DNA of 64,000 nucleotides from the human T2T-CHM13v2.0 reference genome, Homo sapiens. Below, piece after piece: positions 20,383 through 36,927 of the stretch. The DNA is taken from positions 2,336,001 to 2,400,000 of the forward strand of contig CP086569.2 in the NCBI GenBank assembly GCA_009914755.4, read 5' to 3'. Within the stretch, counting starts at the first letter, position 1; each line of letters begins with the position of its first letter. The notes under the pieces were generated by a model. It did not search any database. It was given only the letters and a program-made list of their open reading frames with translations, and was not told where the DNA came from. Both the position numbers and the translations under genes were made by a program.

Positions 20383-21520
20383 AGTGGCTTTTTTAAACCA
20401 GTAAATTTTGGGATAGCTAGTTATACATAATAACTGAAACAATCACGCATTTTAGAATTCATATGTAAGCTAACTTTTACCATGTAGCATTCTCACACAT
20501 ATATAATGTGTGTGTGCATTTATGTGTGTGTGTTTGTGTGTGTGTGCACAGGCAAAAGAGATAGGGAGCTTTATTGCCTAGTGTTTTGTGGTCAGCTCAC
20601 TTTTGCCTTGCCTGCATTCAGTTGAGCAGTTAAGCATCTAAAGTACCCAGTCTGTACACTGGGCTGTCTGCCAGGTACCGTGTTAAAAACAAAGTTGAGC
20701 CTGCTCCTAGCTTGTTGGAAAACTCAGATAAACACAAATTAACAGCTCTCCTGTCACATTCTATGTTTTGGAACACCCTAGGATGGCTTTCTCAGATTCA
20801 GCACTGTGACCATCATAGTCAGCACTTGTCATGATCAAGACTCAACCTTAGGTCTTGGATACAGTCCTAACGGGCCACTGGTTCTAACCCACAAGGTTGT
20901 TTACCTATCTAAGCAGACTTAGGGGTAAACAGGATTCCTGCTTCAAATACAGTATTCTGGGAAGTTGATTCTTTCTTGACTCTGAGCCAAACTAAATGCA
21001 AGCATAAGCTTCATCAACAAAGTAGTTGTTCATATATTATGCAACTTCCGTAATGCCTTTTAATTTCTTCTGAAGACTCAACCAATGCTACAGGTAAGAA
21101 AATTAAAAAGACACACAGACATAGGATCACACATCAAGTTTTTGCCAAATTAAATTATTGTTTTGAAAATAATTTGCAGCACTGATGGGCACACACCGTA
21201 AAATTTCCAATGTATGAACTCTGGGCTACAAGACACTCTTTATCTTTGCCTGCTGTGAACGCTCTGAGGAAAATTCCGGTGGTTTTGAGGCAGTCACAAG
21301 GCAATGTGCTGCATAAGGCCTGGACTCAGAAGCAAAGGGCTCTTGATTTTAATCCCAGCCCACCGCTGACAAGCTCAACGGCCCCAGGATGTTTCCTCAT
21401 CAGCAGAGGTGGGCTAATGAATCCAGATCCCCTGTTTCACAGTTGTTCCTCAATGAATGAACACCTAGAAAGTTATACAACAATACAAAAATATCAGGTG
21501 GAAATTTACTTGTTTGTAAG

Positions 21521-22330
21521 TCTGTCAATCCATCCATCCACTCACCCTTCCATCTATTCATCCATCTATTTTTCTAGCCACCCGTCCATCCATCTATCCA
21601 TGCACCTATTTATCCATCCATCCAGTTATCCATCCATCTATCCACATATCCATCCACACACCCACCCATCCATCCATTCATGGATACAACCGTTCATCTA
21701 CACATCCACCCACCCACCCATTCACCAAACTATTCATCTATCCATCCATTCATGGATACAACCATTCATGTACACATCCACCCACCCACCCATTCACCAA
21801 ACTATTCATCTATCCATCCATCCATCCCTGCATACACCCACTCGTCGATCCATCCACTCATCCATTCACCCACCCATCTACCCATCCATCTGTCCATCCA
21901 TCCATCTACCCACCCACCCATCTACCCATTCATCCATCCATCCATTTATTCATCCATCCATACATTCAGCCACCCATTTACTGAAACCTTATCTATCATC
22001 CATCCAGCCAGCCAGCCATTTATATACCCACCCGTTCATGCATCCATTCACCCACGCACCCATGTGTTTATCCATCCATTCATTCATCCACCCACATATC
22101 CACCTACCCATTCATCCAACCCTCCATCTATTCACCCATTCATCCATCCACCCACCCATCCATCCACTCACCCACCCATTTGTCCATGCATTCATTCATC
22201 CACCCATTTATTTATTCATCTACCCATTTATCTCTCAGTCAATCCATGCATCCAGATGTCTGTCCATTTATCCACACATCCACAACCCCCACCCATCCAC
22301 CCATGTGTACTTCCATCCTCCCACTGACTC
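21521..22330 (+). repeat. (CATC/CCAT/CCAC)n degenerate tetranucleotide array, ~810 bp
   Basis: ccatccatccactcacccttccatctattcatcc. The ORF-track His-Pro-Ser-Ile 'proteins' are translations of this array. Confidence 0.9.
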
Positions 22331-23825
22331 AGGAAACTTCATTTGAGCATCTGTACAGCCGACATTGCGTGTGGCTCAGACACCTCTTAACTGCCTTGGC
22401 TGCCCACAAGTACCTCACAGGAGGTCTCTGCTATAAATTGGGCTCAGCCCCTGGCAGTGGAGACCAGAAATAAAAAGTGATTTAAATAACACTGAAACAA
22501 ACCTGACTTTTTAAATGGTAAGATTAAAAACGTACTCTTCTGTCCTGTAATGAGGTCAGGAGAGTTGGTCTGGGCCTGGCACAGCTGTCTTGCAGTGTCA
22601 CCAGCCACCCTGGCACCTTTGCTCCATATATTCTGCCATTCTTGGAATAGGACCTCTACCCTCTGGAGGACTTCCTGCTCTAAGCTAGCTGCTGGAACTC
22701 CAGACATCACGTCATTATTCCAGGCAGGCCCAGCATGATGCAGAGAAAGTGAAAAGTGGGCTTGTTGGCCACCAGTCCCCCTCTTAAGGGACTCCTCAGA
22801 AGTTTCACCCAATAACTTTGGTTTACATTGATTTTATTAACCAGAACATAGATTTTTGGTTACACCTAACTGCAAAGGAGAATGAGGATATCGTCTTTCA
22901 GCTGTCACATTGCCAAAATCAGTAAATTCAAGGTCTCTTAATATAAGGGAAGAAAGAAAGGATATAGGATAGGCAACTGTAGTCTCACACGTGCATGAGG
23001 AATGGATGGAAGGATGGTGGACAGGAGCGCGTATGTAAATACTTTTTAGTCTTCTCAGGCTGCCATAATAAAATAGCATAGACTGGGTACTTAAACAAAA
23101 GGAATTTATTTTCTCACAGCTCTGGAGACTGGGAAGTCCAAGATCAAGGGGCTGGTTGGTTCAATTCCTGGTGAGGGCTCTCTTCTTGGTTTGCTGTGTT
23201 CTCACATGGAGGAGAGACAGAGCAAGCATGCCCTCCGATATTTCTTCTTACAAAGGCACTAACTTTCCTGCATAGGGTCCTAACTTTACGATTTCATTTA
23301 ACCTTGATTATTTCCTTGCTGCAAATACAGACACATGGGGAACAGAACTTCAACACACGAATTTGGGGAGTAGATACAACTCTGCTCATGGCACATATAA
23401 GCATGCATACTAAATGTGTGTGTGCATGTGGGTCAATGGAAAGATTGGAAGTCTCATTAATAGCACATATATGCATGCATACTATGTGTGTGTGCACGTG
23501 TGTCTGTATGGAAAGATAGGAAGCCTCATTATCTAAATGCCTAGCCTTTCGGGTGAGCTAATTTTTGTTGTGTATGCATTCAATTGAGTAATTAAGCTTC
23601 TCAAAGGCTGCCTCTCTTTGTTGGGCTCTCTGCCTGGTGCTGAGGTACAGACAAAGATGTGACTGCTCCACAGCTTATGGGGAGGCTCAGATAAACACGA
23701 ATAAATCTAAATAAACACACATAAATTAAGGCCTATTTAAATAAACACTTGCTGCTCTCAGAAGCAGAGCCACGGCTGTTTGATTTTACTGCTGTATCCC
23801 ACAGAGCAGATACTCAAAAAGCTTT

Positions 23826-24230
23826 GTTGAGGCTGGGCATGGTGGCTCCTCCCTGTAATCCTAGGACTTGGGGAGGGCTGAGACTGGGGGATCGCTTGAG
23901 GTCAGGAGTTTGAGACCAGCCTGGGCAATATAGTGAGACCCTGTCTCTAAAATAAAATAACCTGGGCATGGTGGTGCAGTCCTGTGGTCCCAGCTACTCA
24001 AGAGGCTGAGGTCAGAGGATCACTTGAGCCCAGGAGTTTGAGACCAGCCTGGGTAACATAGACCCCATCTCTAAAATTATAAAATTAGCCGGACATGGTG
24101 GCACATTCCTGTGGTCCCAGAGGCTCGGGAAGCTGAGATGGTAGGATCTCTTGAGTACAGGAGTTTGAGACCAGCCTGGGCAACACAGAGAGACCTCATC
24201 TCTGCAAAAAATAAAAATAAGCGAAAATAA
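23826..24230 (+). mobile_element. Cluster of Alu-monomer-like (FLAM/FRAM-type) repeats
   Basis: Three or four ~120-bp units of the form ggc.tggtgg...cctgt.gtcccagctactc.ggaggctgag...cttgag.ccaggagtttgagaccagcctgggcaaca, each with an A-rich tail. Confidence 0.6.
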
Positions 24231-24579
24231 ACACAATATTTTTAAAAACATGAAAAAGCTTTGTTGAATAACCAGGCATGTTGAGAAATCACCAAGAATA
24301 GAGCACTGTAGGAACCTGGGGAGAAAAAAGCTGAGTTGTTGGTGCAGGAGCCAAGCAGTTAGGGGTACATGAAAGAAAATCGCTAGTGGGCTGCACCCTG
24401 GCAAATGCAGCTGGACGAAAGATCTGATGCTACTCATTCCCGAAGGTCACATTCTTAAGCTTGAATGGGTGGCAGAGTTGACCTGACTCAGGGTAATGGT
24501 ACAGGAATATACATGTGCATATATATCATACTGCAAATGTATCCGTTTTGAATCTGACTCTCTAAGAATAATCTACAGG

Positions 24580-25218
<639 letters not shown>

Positions 25219-25257
25219 TCACAATTTGGGAGAACAGGGAGATAAGAACATCCAGCA

Positions 25258-25513
25258 GCCACCCATCCATCTATTCATCTGTCTGTCTATCCATGCACCC
25301 ATCCACCCATGTATTTATCCATCCATCCATACATACATACATCCACCCACCCATTCATCCAACCCTCCATCTATCAACTCATTCATCCATCCATCCATTC
25401 ATCCACCCACAATCCACCCCATCCACCCACCCGCCCTCAATTCATCCACCCACACATCTACCCATCTATCCATCTATCCATCCATCCACCTATCCATCCA
25501 TCCACTCATCCTA
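25258..25513 (+). repeat. (CATC/CCAT)n array, ~255 bp, same family and polarity as the 21.5-kb array
   Basis: acccatccatctattcatctgtctgtctatccatgcacccatccacc. Confidence 0.9.
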
Positions 25514-25751
25514 TCTGAATTGTGTCTGTGAGACTCCTCCATGGTGAAATTATTCTTTTCCTAATTTTTTATGTCATACACTTTGGAAGAAGTGGGGATC
25601 TGTGTCCACCTCCTTGATGGTGAGAGCAGCAGTCCCCAACCTTTTTGGCACCAGGGACTGGTTTCATGGAAGACAGTTTTTCCACAGAACCAAGGGTGGG
25701 AGGGATGGTTTTAGGATGATTCAAGCACATTACATTGTGCACTTTATTTCC

Positions 25752-25782
<31 letters not shown>

Positions 25783-26129
25783 TGTAATGTATAATGAAAT
25801 AATTCTACAACTCACCATAACGTAGAATCAGTAGGAGCCTGTATTAGCCCATTCTCGCACTGCTATGAAGAACTACCTAATTTATGAAGGAAAGAGGTTT
25901 AATTGAGGGGGATGGTGCAAAACCATTCATGAAGGATCTGACCCCATGATCCAGTCACCTTCCACCAGGCCCCCACCTCCAACACTGGGGATTTCAGTTT
26001 GACATGAGATTTGGGCGGGGACACAGAGCCAAACCATATCACCACCAGCACAGCACCAAGCATCTTGCCACTCAGAAAGAATGCCAAAATTTCTCTCTAG
26101 ACATATTTTATTTTTATTTTATTTATTTA

Positions 26130-26803
<674 letters not shown>

Positions 26804-27003
26804 TGACAGCTCCCCTGCCCCGATGCTTTCCTTCCTGTTCCATGGAGTTCCATGTTCTGTGCTGTGTAGTTTGATTTTCAGTCCTCCTTTGAATTCTGCA
26901 GCTGTGTATTTAGACCCATTTCCCAGGCCAGTAAACAAAGCCCCGTGGGCAAGAAACCACAGATCCCCCCATAGAAAGTGGGAGAAAATGCCAGTGTGCA
27001 ATA

Positions 27004-27095
27004 GTGTGTGCATGTGTGTGTGTGTGTACGTGCATGTATGTGTGTGTGTATGCATGTGTGTGTGTGTGCATGCATGTGTATGTGTGTGCATGCAG
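27004..27095. repeat. (TG)n/(CATG)n short compound repeat
   Basis: gtgtgtgcatgtgtgtgtgtgtgtacgtgcatgtatgtgtgtgtgtatgcatgtgtgtg. Confidence 0.8.
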
Positions 27096-27196
27096 ATGGA
27101 ATATAATTATAACCTGCGTGTGTGTGCAGTATAAAATATATAAAACTGGTTTGGAGAGCAGGGTATGAAAAGTCCAAAGTCAGAAGAACTAATCCT

Positions 27197-27488
27197 TGGC
27201 TGTGGGTGGTGGCTCATACCTGTAATACCAGCACTTCGGGAGGCCGAGGCCGGCAGATCAGTTGAGGTCAGGAGTTCGAGACCAGCCTGGCCAACGTGGT
27301 GAAACTCCATCTCTACTAAAAATACAAAAATTAGCCAGGCGTGGTGATGGGTGCCTATAGCCGTAGCTACTCAGGAGACTGAGGCACAAGGATCGCTTGA
27401 ACCTGGGAGGTGGTGAGCTGAGATCGCGCCACTGCACTCCAGCCTGGACAACAGAGTGACACTCTGTCTCAATAAATAAATAAATAGA
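27197..27488 (+). mobile_element. Alu SINE with a 15-bp target-site duplication gaagaactaat.ct
   Basis: The TSD lies at ~27183-27196 and ~27489-27503. Confidence 0.9.
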
Positions 27489-28789
27489 AGAAGAACTAAT
27501 TCTTAAAAATTAAAGACACATGGAAGGTTTCCGCAGGAGGCTGGGAGCTACCAAGGGTTAGGTTGAAATGTGCAACGTGGCCACGTGGGTCCCTCGGAAA
27601 TGGTCAGAACATGGTTATTTCTTGAGGTTCCACTGGTGAAATAAACGGGAAACATGGAGGCTGCCCCAGCAGTGAGTTCCCCATCCCTTCTTCAGCCTAG
27701 TTTGTGGCCTTCAAAAGATGCTTCCCGTGGCACCTGGATACAATTCAGAAGGCTTTTTCAATTAATTTAATTTTCATTCTGGAGGTTACGGCCTCTTGGT
27801 GCCAGTTCCAGAGGGTCTGCAGAATATTATGGAAATTCATATTTGGAGCCAAAGAATGGCAGCGTTAAAAAAAAATAAAGAAAAAAGGCAAAAGGCATCT
27901 AACTAAATGAATTAGAAACAGAAGTCTTCCAAATGCTTACCTGTGAGAACATAGATAAAAAGCCTCAAAGCCTGGCTTTCAGAAGCTGATGTTGCATCTT
28001 TATTATGGCTGGCGAGAATGACCTGCGCCCTCCCTGAAAGGCAGCCAGAGTCTAGACTCTACTGGAACATAATGGACAGTCAGAGGAGGGAAGCTTCACC
28101 TGCAGTGCCGTCCAAATGTCAGAGGCTGGAGATGGTCCAGGGGAGGGCCTTTCTTTTGGCGGTAATGGGGGTGAAGCAGGAAGCTCACAGGGAGAGGGGT
28201 GTTTGGAGTGTGAGACAGCAGGAAGACCCTGCGTTCTTTTTATCTCTGCTTCATCCCAAGTCAGACTTGCCTCAGGATGCCAAAATGCCCGGGCAGCTCC
28301 AGCATCCTCTTGCTCCTCAAAATGAGCCCCCAGGGTCCTCCTACTTGCCCTGACCTAGGATCCACACCCTCCCTTGACCCCAGCCCAGGACTGTGGCCAG
28401 GGAAAAAGAAAGTGCTAATTGATAGAGAGTCAATGCCACGTGGGGAGGTCGGGGGAGAGGTGCAGGAGAAAATACCAGAGAAGGAGCTCTGGTTGGGTAG
28501 TTCATCCGGGTTCACTCCAAGAGGTAACACTTTAAAGGTGGTGTTCCCATGAAGAACGATTACATTTTCCTCATACTTCTAAAGTGCAATTATGTTGCTG
28601 GGGTTTTGCTGGCCGAAAAGAAAACGAAAAAGAAAAGAAAAAACCTTCCGGTGTGCAAGCTCACACTGTTACTTTTTAAGATGTGCATCACTCACACCAC
28701 CGAGCTCACATTGCTGAGCAGGTCTCTGGGGCACAGGCCCAGCCCCTCTAGCCTTGCAGGTTTCTGACCTAGGGGTGCAGGTGACCTAG

Positions 28790-29695
<906 letters not shown>

Positions 29696-29802
29696 TTATC
29701 TCAGAGCCCCTGACTCAGTCGGCTGGGCAGCAAGTATGCCAGCCCAGGAATGGGCCAATAGATGAGGCAGGGCTTTGTAAACCAAAAATAAAATTCTTTA
29801 AG

Positions 29803-30068
<266 letters not shown>

Positions 30069-30487
30069 ATAAAATTCTAAGCCCCCACCGCCCCCCACCT
30101 TCAAAACATCTGAATGGACTTCTTCCTCAGCCAGAGCTCTTTAAAAATTTAACCTGAGAGAGTGTTTCAAGCCGTGACGGGAAGCAGGGGTTGAACATGC
30201 CTCCCCGTGCCTCTCCGGCGTTAACATCCACACAGCCTTTAAGTTTGAGAAGAAACATTTTACAACCTCTTCTCTCTGACCCTAGCACCGGAAGGGTTCC
30301 TGTTCAAATAAGAACTTGAGTCTTCACAATTCTTTATCTTAACCCAGACATTCTTTTCTATTGATCCCAGGACTTTAAAGAAACCCAAGCAATTGCCAAT
30401 CAGAAAATTCTAAAATCTACCTATAAGCTGGAAGCCTCCTGCTTTGGGTTGTCCCGCCTTTCTGGACAAAACCAATGTGTCTCTTAA

Positions 30488-30964
<477 letters not shown>

Positions 30965-31469
30965 TAGTTTGACTCTTTTCGTGGACAGTTTGAAGTGTGG
31001 AATGCAAGAATATTCAGGGTTATTTGTCAGGCTGCAAAGTTGTTCCACTACCCTGCAGGAAAATGGATACAATTTTAGGCTTAGGTGTTAACAGATAACA
31101 TTGTTAAGTGTGGGAAGGGCGACAACTGCACTGCAGCTGTGGCCAGTGGCGCGGGAGGGTGTCTAAACTCAAAGCCCACTGGAAGGCGAGTCGCCCATGA
31201 CCAGGACTAGGGCCCAGGTGCCCCAGATAGAAGGCACCTCGTTCCCTATTGCCCCTCACTAACTCCCGTGACCAGGAGTCCCCACTCCCAACCTTGTCCT
31301 GGGGATTCTGGGGAGAAACTGCCCCAGCGCAGAGGCTACTCCAAGGGTTGTCCTTGGTCCGGCGCAAAGGGTTCGTCCGCCACCCTCCCGGCTGCCGCGC
31401 TCGGACGCTCTAGAAAGGACTTGGGACGGGGGTTGCCTGTGGAGCGGGGGCCTAGGCTTCCTGAGCAGG

Positions 31470-31950
31470 GAGAGGATTGCACTTTGCTCCCCTTGGGGAA
31501 CTCCCTGAGGTGAGCAGCGGGGAGGGGCCCCCATACTTTTCCCAGCAGGGGAGCCGGGAGTTTCCTCTGCTCCCACTGCAGAGCAGGGGAGGGTCCCTGC
31601 TAGGGGCGGAGAAGGGGCTGCAGGGGCGAGTGGGGAGGGGGGCTACACGTTTCCAAGAAGGGCGGCAGTTTCGTGTCGCTACAGTTGCAGGCGTGCATTT
31701 AGGAGGCTGTAGACAGGGAGGGACCCGCACTTTCCCGAGCCGGGGAGCTGCTGGGAAAGTTTGTTTTTTTGCTCCCACTGGAGACCAGGGGGTGAGGGGC
31801 GGAGAAGGGGCTGCAGGGGCGAGTGGGGAGAGGGGGCTCTATGTTTCCAAGAAGGGCGGCAGTTTTGTGCCACTACAGTTAAGGGCCGCCCTCGGCCGTG
31901 CATTCAGAGGGCTGTAAACCGGGAGGGACCCGCACTTTCCCGAGAACGTT
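31470..31950 (+). repeat. Tandem repeat of ~200 bp, about 2.5 copies, inside the CpG island upstream of the CD99 promoter
   Basis: Copies at ~31569-31768 and ~31769-31950 share gctcccactg...ggcggagaaggggctgcaggggcgagtggggag.gggggct..gtttccaagaagggcggcagtt...gtgcatt.aga.ggctgta.ac.gggagggacccgcactttcccgag. A partial diverged copy lies at ~31470-31568. Confidence 0.7.
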
Positions 31951-32019
31951 GTAGTTCACTTTGCTTCGGGTCGGCGCCGCCCTGGCTACGGCCCTGTGGG
32001 TGGGTGAGGGGGCGTGGGC

Positions 32020-32317
32020 AGTTTCCTGAGAAGGGGCGGGGCGTGTACCGTACTCCCCTCGGCGCTGCCTGGGCCACCCCCGCCCGCCTACCCCCTCTGT
32101 CTCCTCCCCGAGCCCGGCGTTCCCGCCCCTTCTGTGCGCGCGTGGAGGCCGGGGCGGGGCGGGCGCAGCCGGCGCTGAGCTTGCAGGGCCGCTCCCCTCA
32201 CCCGCCCCCTTCGAGTCCTCGGGCTTCGCCCCACCCGGCCCGTGGGGGAGTATCTGTCCTGCCGCCTTCGCCCACGCCCTGCACTCCGGGACCGTCCCTG
32301 CGCGCTCTGGGCGCACC
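32020..32317 (+). promoter_or_regulatory. CD99: CD99 core promoter and 5' UTR region. It is TATA-less with multiple Sp1-type GC boxes.
   Basis: ggggcggggcgtg at ~32034. ccccgcccgcc at ~32078. ccgcccc at ~32123. ggggcggggcgggcg at 32151-32165. cccgcccc at ~32201. No TATA box. Lies directly upstream of the ATG. Confidence 0.6.
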
Positions 32318-32384
32318 ATGGCCCGCGGGGCTGCGCTGGCGCTGCTGCTCTTCGGCCTGCTGGGTGTTCTGGTCGCCGCCCCGG
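32318..32384 (+). CDS. CD99: CD99 exon 1 coding part: start codon and signal peptide MARGAALALLLFGLLGVLVAAP, plus the first nucleotide of the Asp23 codon. A 5' UTR of undetermined length precedes it.
   Basis: ATG at 32318-32320 in a GC-rich context. A hydrophobic signal peptide follows. Donor GTGAGC begins at 32385. Phase 1. Confidence 0.9.
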
Positions 32385-35300
32385 GTGAGCGAGCGGAGGG
32401 ATCCGGGTTGGGGCACGCGGAGGGCGCGGGCCGGGACTGGGGATCCGCTTGAGATGCGGCGTTGGGGGCGCCCCGCGGGGACACCCGGAGCCTCCTCCCT
32501 GCCCGGCAGGACGCGCTGTGCCCACGGGGGCCCAGGCCCGGAGGAGGCGCCCACTTTCTCCCCAACGCTTTTCCTGGAGCCGTTCCAGAGAGAAAAGTCA
32601 GCGTTTGTTGTCGGAGTTGCAAACTCTTACATGTGGGGCGGCCTTGGGAGAGGTGCGTCCGATTCTTCCCAATCTAGGGGACCTTCTTACAGATCTCTCT
32701 CCCTTTGCATGAGCCCCTCACCCCACCCCGTTATCTACCCCCAGGGTTTGGGGACCTGCGTCTTCAGGCCGCGCGCGGAGGCCGCCCTGGAGTTGCCTGT
32801 CACAGCCACGCCCTGCGTCCCGGGCCTAAATTTGGAATCGCTAGGAGCCTGAGACCCGGGTGGTGGGGGGAAGGGAAGGAAAAGTTAGAAAAAAACTTCG
32901 AGCCCTGAAAATGTTCAAAAATACTCTGTGGATGCGGGCTCCGGGAATTTCAGCGCGTGCTGTGCGCCAAGCAACACGGGGCGCAGAAAGAAACGTGTGC
33001 TTACCAAATTGTCCATCTGCGGCGGTGGAGAATTCGGAAAACAGAAAAAGTGGGCAGGGAAGAAAGAGCCACGGTCACCCTCCCACGCCCTAAACCGGGC
33101 CTATTTCTAATTATTACTTTAATCATGTTTTTCTGTTTCCCTCCCTTTGAAACGGAAACGGAGACCCTGCCGGATGTGGTATGTTATAAATTCTTTTTTC
33201 ATGTTATAAATTCTTTTTTCAATGGTCAGTGCATTTTTTGCTCTTCGTATGGGCAGGCTTTTAAGTAGACCGGCTTGCGGGCAGTGTGGACTTCAGGACG
33301 GGCCTTATCAGGGCTGGACGTATTTAGGAAGGAGACGCGGGAACGCCCGGCCCTGGGGAGGACGGAGGAGGCCCGATTTGTGTTGATAGGATCTAGCTCA
33401 GCCTAGAGCGGCGGTGACTAGGCCGGGTCTCTATTTTTAGGGAGGAGTTGCTAATGGATTTACACCCTCTTTAAAGGGGTCCCGGGTATCCTAGAAATTG
33501 TGCTTTCACTTGGTAGAGATTAGAGATAATGAAGCCTGCTCCGTAGAGGAAAACTTGGAGGACTTTCCAGCCTGCAGGGGAGGTTCCAAGCAGAGCTTCC
33601 TGTTTCTCCCTTTTCTTCCTAAATGTCCTTCTTGCGGGCAACCTGTCACCACGGACGGGATGGCTCTGTAGGGTTTTATCAGCTGCATTTGTTCCCCAGG
33701 CACCTGCAGATGAACGGGTTTTTCACTTGTCTCTCTGCGAATGCATTCCTTCATCCTTCATGCCTGCCTTCCTTCTTTTGCACCTACTGTGGGCTTGGGG
33801 TCAGGGAAATATATCCAAGGGAGTGCTGGTGGCCTAAGAATTCAGTTTCCTGGAGAACAGAGGCATCTGAACAGGCAGACGGGAGACAGGGCCACAGGGA
33901 CCTTTATAGTTCCATCACGAAATAACTCAGGGGTTCCCAGTGGTAAATCTTGGTGAGGGGCTTGGCTGGATTTTGAAGCCCTAGGGACAGATTTGCCGGC
34001 TGGTCTGGCGTTCCAGGTCATTGGAGCAGAGTGAGTGGAAAGCCTTATATTCTCTAAGCCCCAAACAAGTCGTTGCACAGTTTTTTTGTTTTTGTTGGTG
34101 GTGGTGGTTTTTTTTTTTTGGACGGAGTTTCACTCTGTCACCAGTCTGGAGTGTAGTGGCACGATGTCGGCTCATTGGCGTTGCACAGTTTTTAAACCCA
34201 CAGCAGTGTTCATCTGGAACTCCTGATTTTGGAAGCAGACTGGGCTTAGGAACTCCAGCTGCTGATGCTTTGAGTAAAGGGAAGAGTACCTGTCTATGGG
34301 GTGGGTGGGTAGGGAAGAGCAGTGGGATAGGGGCATAACAGGGGCCAACCTATCCTTCCAATTGCAGAGGAGGGCCTGGCCGTCAGCACTGATGGATCTC
34401 CTTGAGGGACGCTTCTCACCCCTTCTTTGCAGTCTGACCCTGCTAGAGATGGAGACAGAAACAGCCTGTCCCAATAATATTAATACACGTTTCATCGGGA
34501 AAGTTGACTTTTGAGTTGGTGATGCTCAGAACACACTTTCTTATAGCAACATGCATCAGGCTGCAAAACCCCGTTGAGCCTGAAGTAGGTTCTCAGACTG
34601 GTGCTGATAGCTCTGGCCTGATCTCACAGTGTTGGGGACCCTGTGTTCCTTGGTTCCTTCATAAATTCTCAGGGGTACAGGTGGGATGTGGTGAGGGATG
34701 GATGGACAGAGGGAGGTGTATAGAGGAAAAGAGGAGGCTTCAGCTTTGTAGAGAGCAGGATGTCCCCACAGGGCGACGTTGGCCCCGAGGAGACACTTTG
34801 TGATGGTTGCAGACATTTTTGGTTGCCACCCTGGGGTGGGACATCCCACCATCCTGCAATGGGTGGGGCAGCTTAGGGAAGCTGCTCAGAATCTTTCAAG
34901 GGCCAGGACGGCCTCCAGCACAAAGAATTCATCTGGTCCCAAATGCCAGTGGTGTTGAGGGTGGAAAACCCTGAGGAGGGCTTGGGAGTTGCATGTATGC
35001 GCTGATTCAGGGCTGCCCCTGCAGTTAGGAGCCTGCCGTCCCGACAGTAGAGTCGCACACATCCGATGCATCCCTGCTCTCTGGCAAAGGCTGATTTGCC
35101 CCACCCCCCGGGGCAACGGCACAGCGGCCTGTGCGGTTTGAAAAACTCCAAACATCTACGGAACCGACATCTCTTGAACAATACCAGGCCTCTTCAGGAT
35201 TCCCTCGCCCCAGTAGAGCAAGTGTGGGCTTCGTTGTTTTTTTTTTTTTTTAACTCTCTCCAGAGCTCTTGTCTCCTGCCCCTGTGGGTGTGTGTGGAAG

Positions 35301-35424
35301 TTATTAGGAGAATGTTTCTGGGCAGAGGAAGTGGGTTTTATCATCCAGCGAGTTTGCCTTGATTTTCCATCAGCGCGTTTGGCTCTGGTAAAAGTTGATT
35401 GCTTTGCATTTAACTCCCTACTTT

Positions 35425-35722
35425 AGGCCGAGCACGGTGACTCAGGCCTGTAAATCCCAGCACTTTGAGAGGCCGAGGCCGGTGGGTCACATGAGGCCAA
35501 GAGTTCGAGACCAGCCTGGCCAACATGGCAAAACCCCGACTCTACTAAAAATACAAAAATTAGCCGGGCGTGGTGGTGAGCGCCTATAATCCCAGCTACT
35601 CAGGAGGCTGAGGCAGGAAAATCACTTCAGCCCGGGAAGCAGAAGTTGCAGTGAGCTGAGATCGTGTCACCGCATTATGGCCTGGGTAACAGAGAGAGAC
35701 TCAGTCTCAAAGAAAAAAAAAA
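35425..35722 (+). mobile_element. Alu SINE
   Basis: ggccgagcacggtgactcaggcctgtaaatcc start and a poly-A tail. Confidence 0.9.
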
Positions 35723-36171
35723 ACTTCCTGCTTTAGCTCTTTCTCCTTTCTCTGTGTATGAGACAGAGTTTTCATGTAAAGACAAATACATGTCTTTACA
35801 CTTTGGAGATACTCAAGTAAATGATTGTTTGTCTGGAAATCATTTTTCTTCCTGAAGGTCCTATGGTGGGTACATGCTGTCATTTAGAAAGAAATGCAGC
35901 TCATACAATACTTTTCCCAATTCAGCATTTAGGAATCATGGCGGGATTTCATGGATACTGTCTGGAATGTTTTCGGACTCAGATATCTTCCCCCGGGGAA
36001 ATAGACTTCTCAGTAGCCACGTGGACCTTGTGCTGGTTTTCAGTCCTGCTGAAAATGTTCTGAGCACTCTTGTTACTTTAGGGGAAAAGAATTACGTGTC
36101 CTTTGTGATTTATAGACACAGTAAGAAATAAGACCTGTGTGTCTCTCGGGGTGCGAAGGAGGAAAAGTCTT

Positions 36172-36927
<756 letters not shown>

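Larger units (their letters stand above)
31340..33460. promoter_or_regulatory. CD99: CpG island spanning the CD99 promoter, exon 1 and the first ~1 kb of intron 1
   Basis: Dense CpG and high G+C are visible directly. The island starts where CpGs become frequent near 31340 and decays near 33460. Confidence 0.75.

Noticed and set aside
21210-22346. The 378-aa and 215-aa ORFs at 21210-22346 and 21680-22327, and the 272-aa ORF at 41187-42005, with His-Pro-Ser-Ile repeats.
   Set aside because: They are translations of the (CATC/CCAT)n arrays. Those arrays happen to lack stop codons in the reading frames.
31761-32852. The 363-aa ORF on the + strand at 31761-32852, and the 247-aa, 145-aa and 118-aa ORFs on the - strand at 31879-32622, 32088-32525 and 32198-32554, inside the CpG island.
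   Set aside because: They are GC-rich, stop-poor sequence with Arg/Gly/Pro/Ala-dominated composition. The + ORF reads the real CD99 exon 1 in the wrong frame. There are no splice or codon-bias signals.
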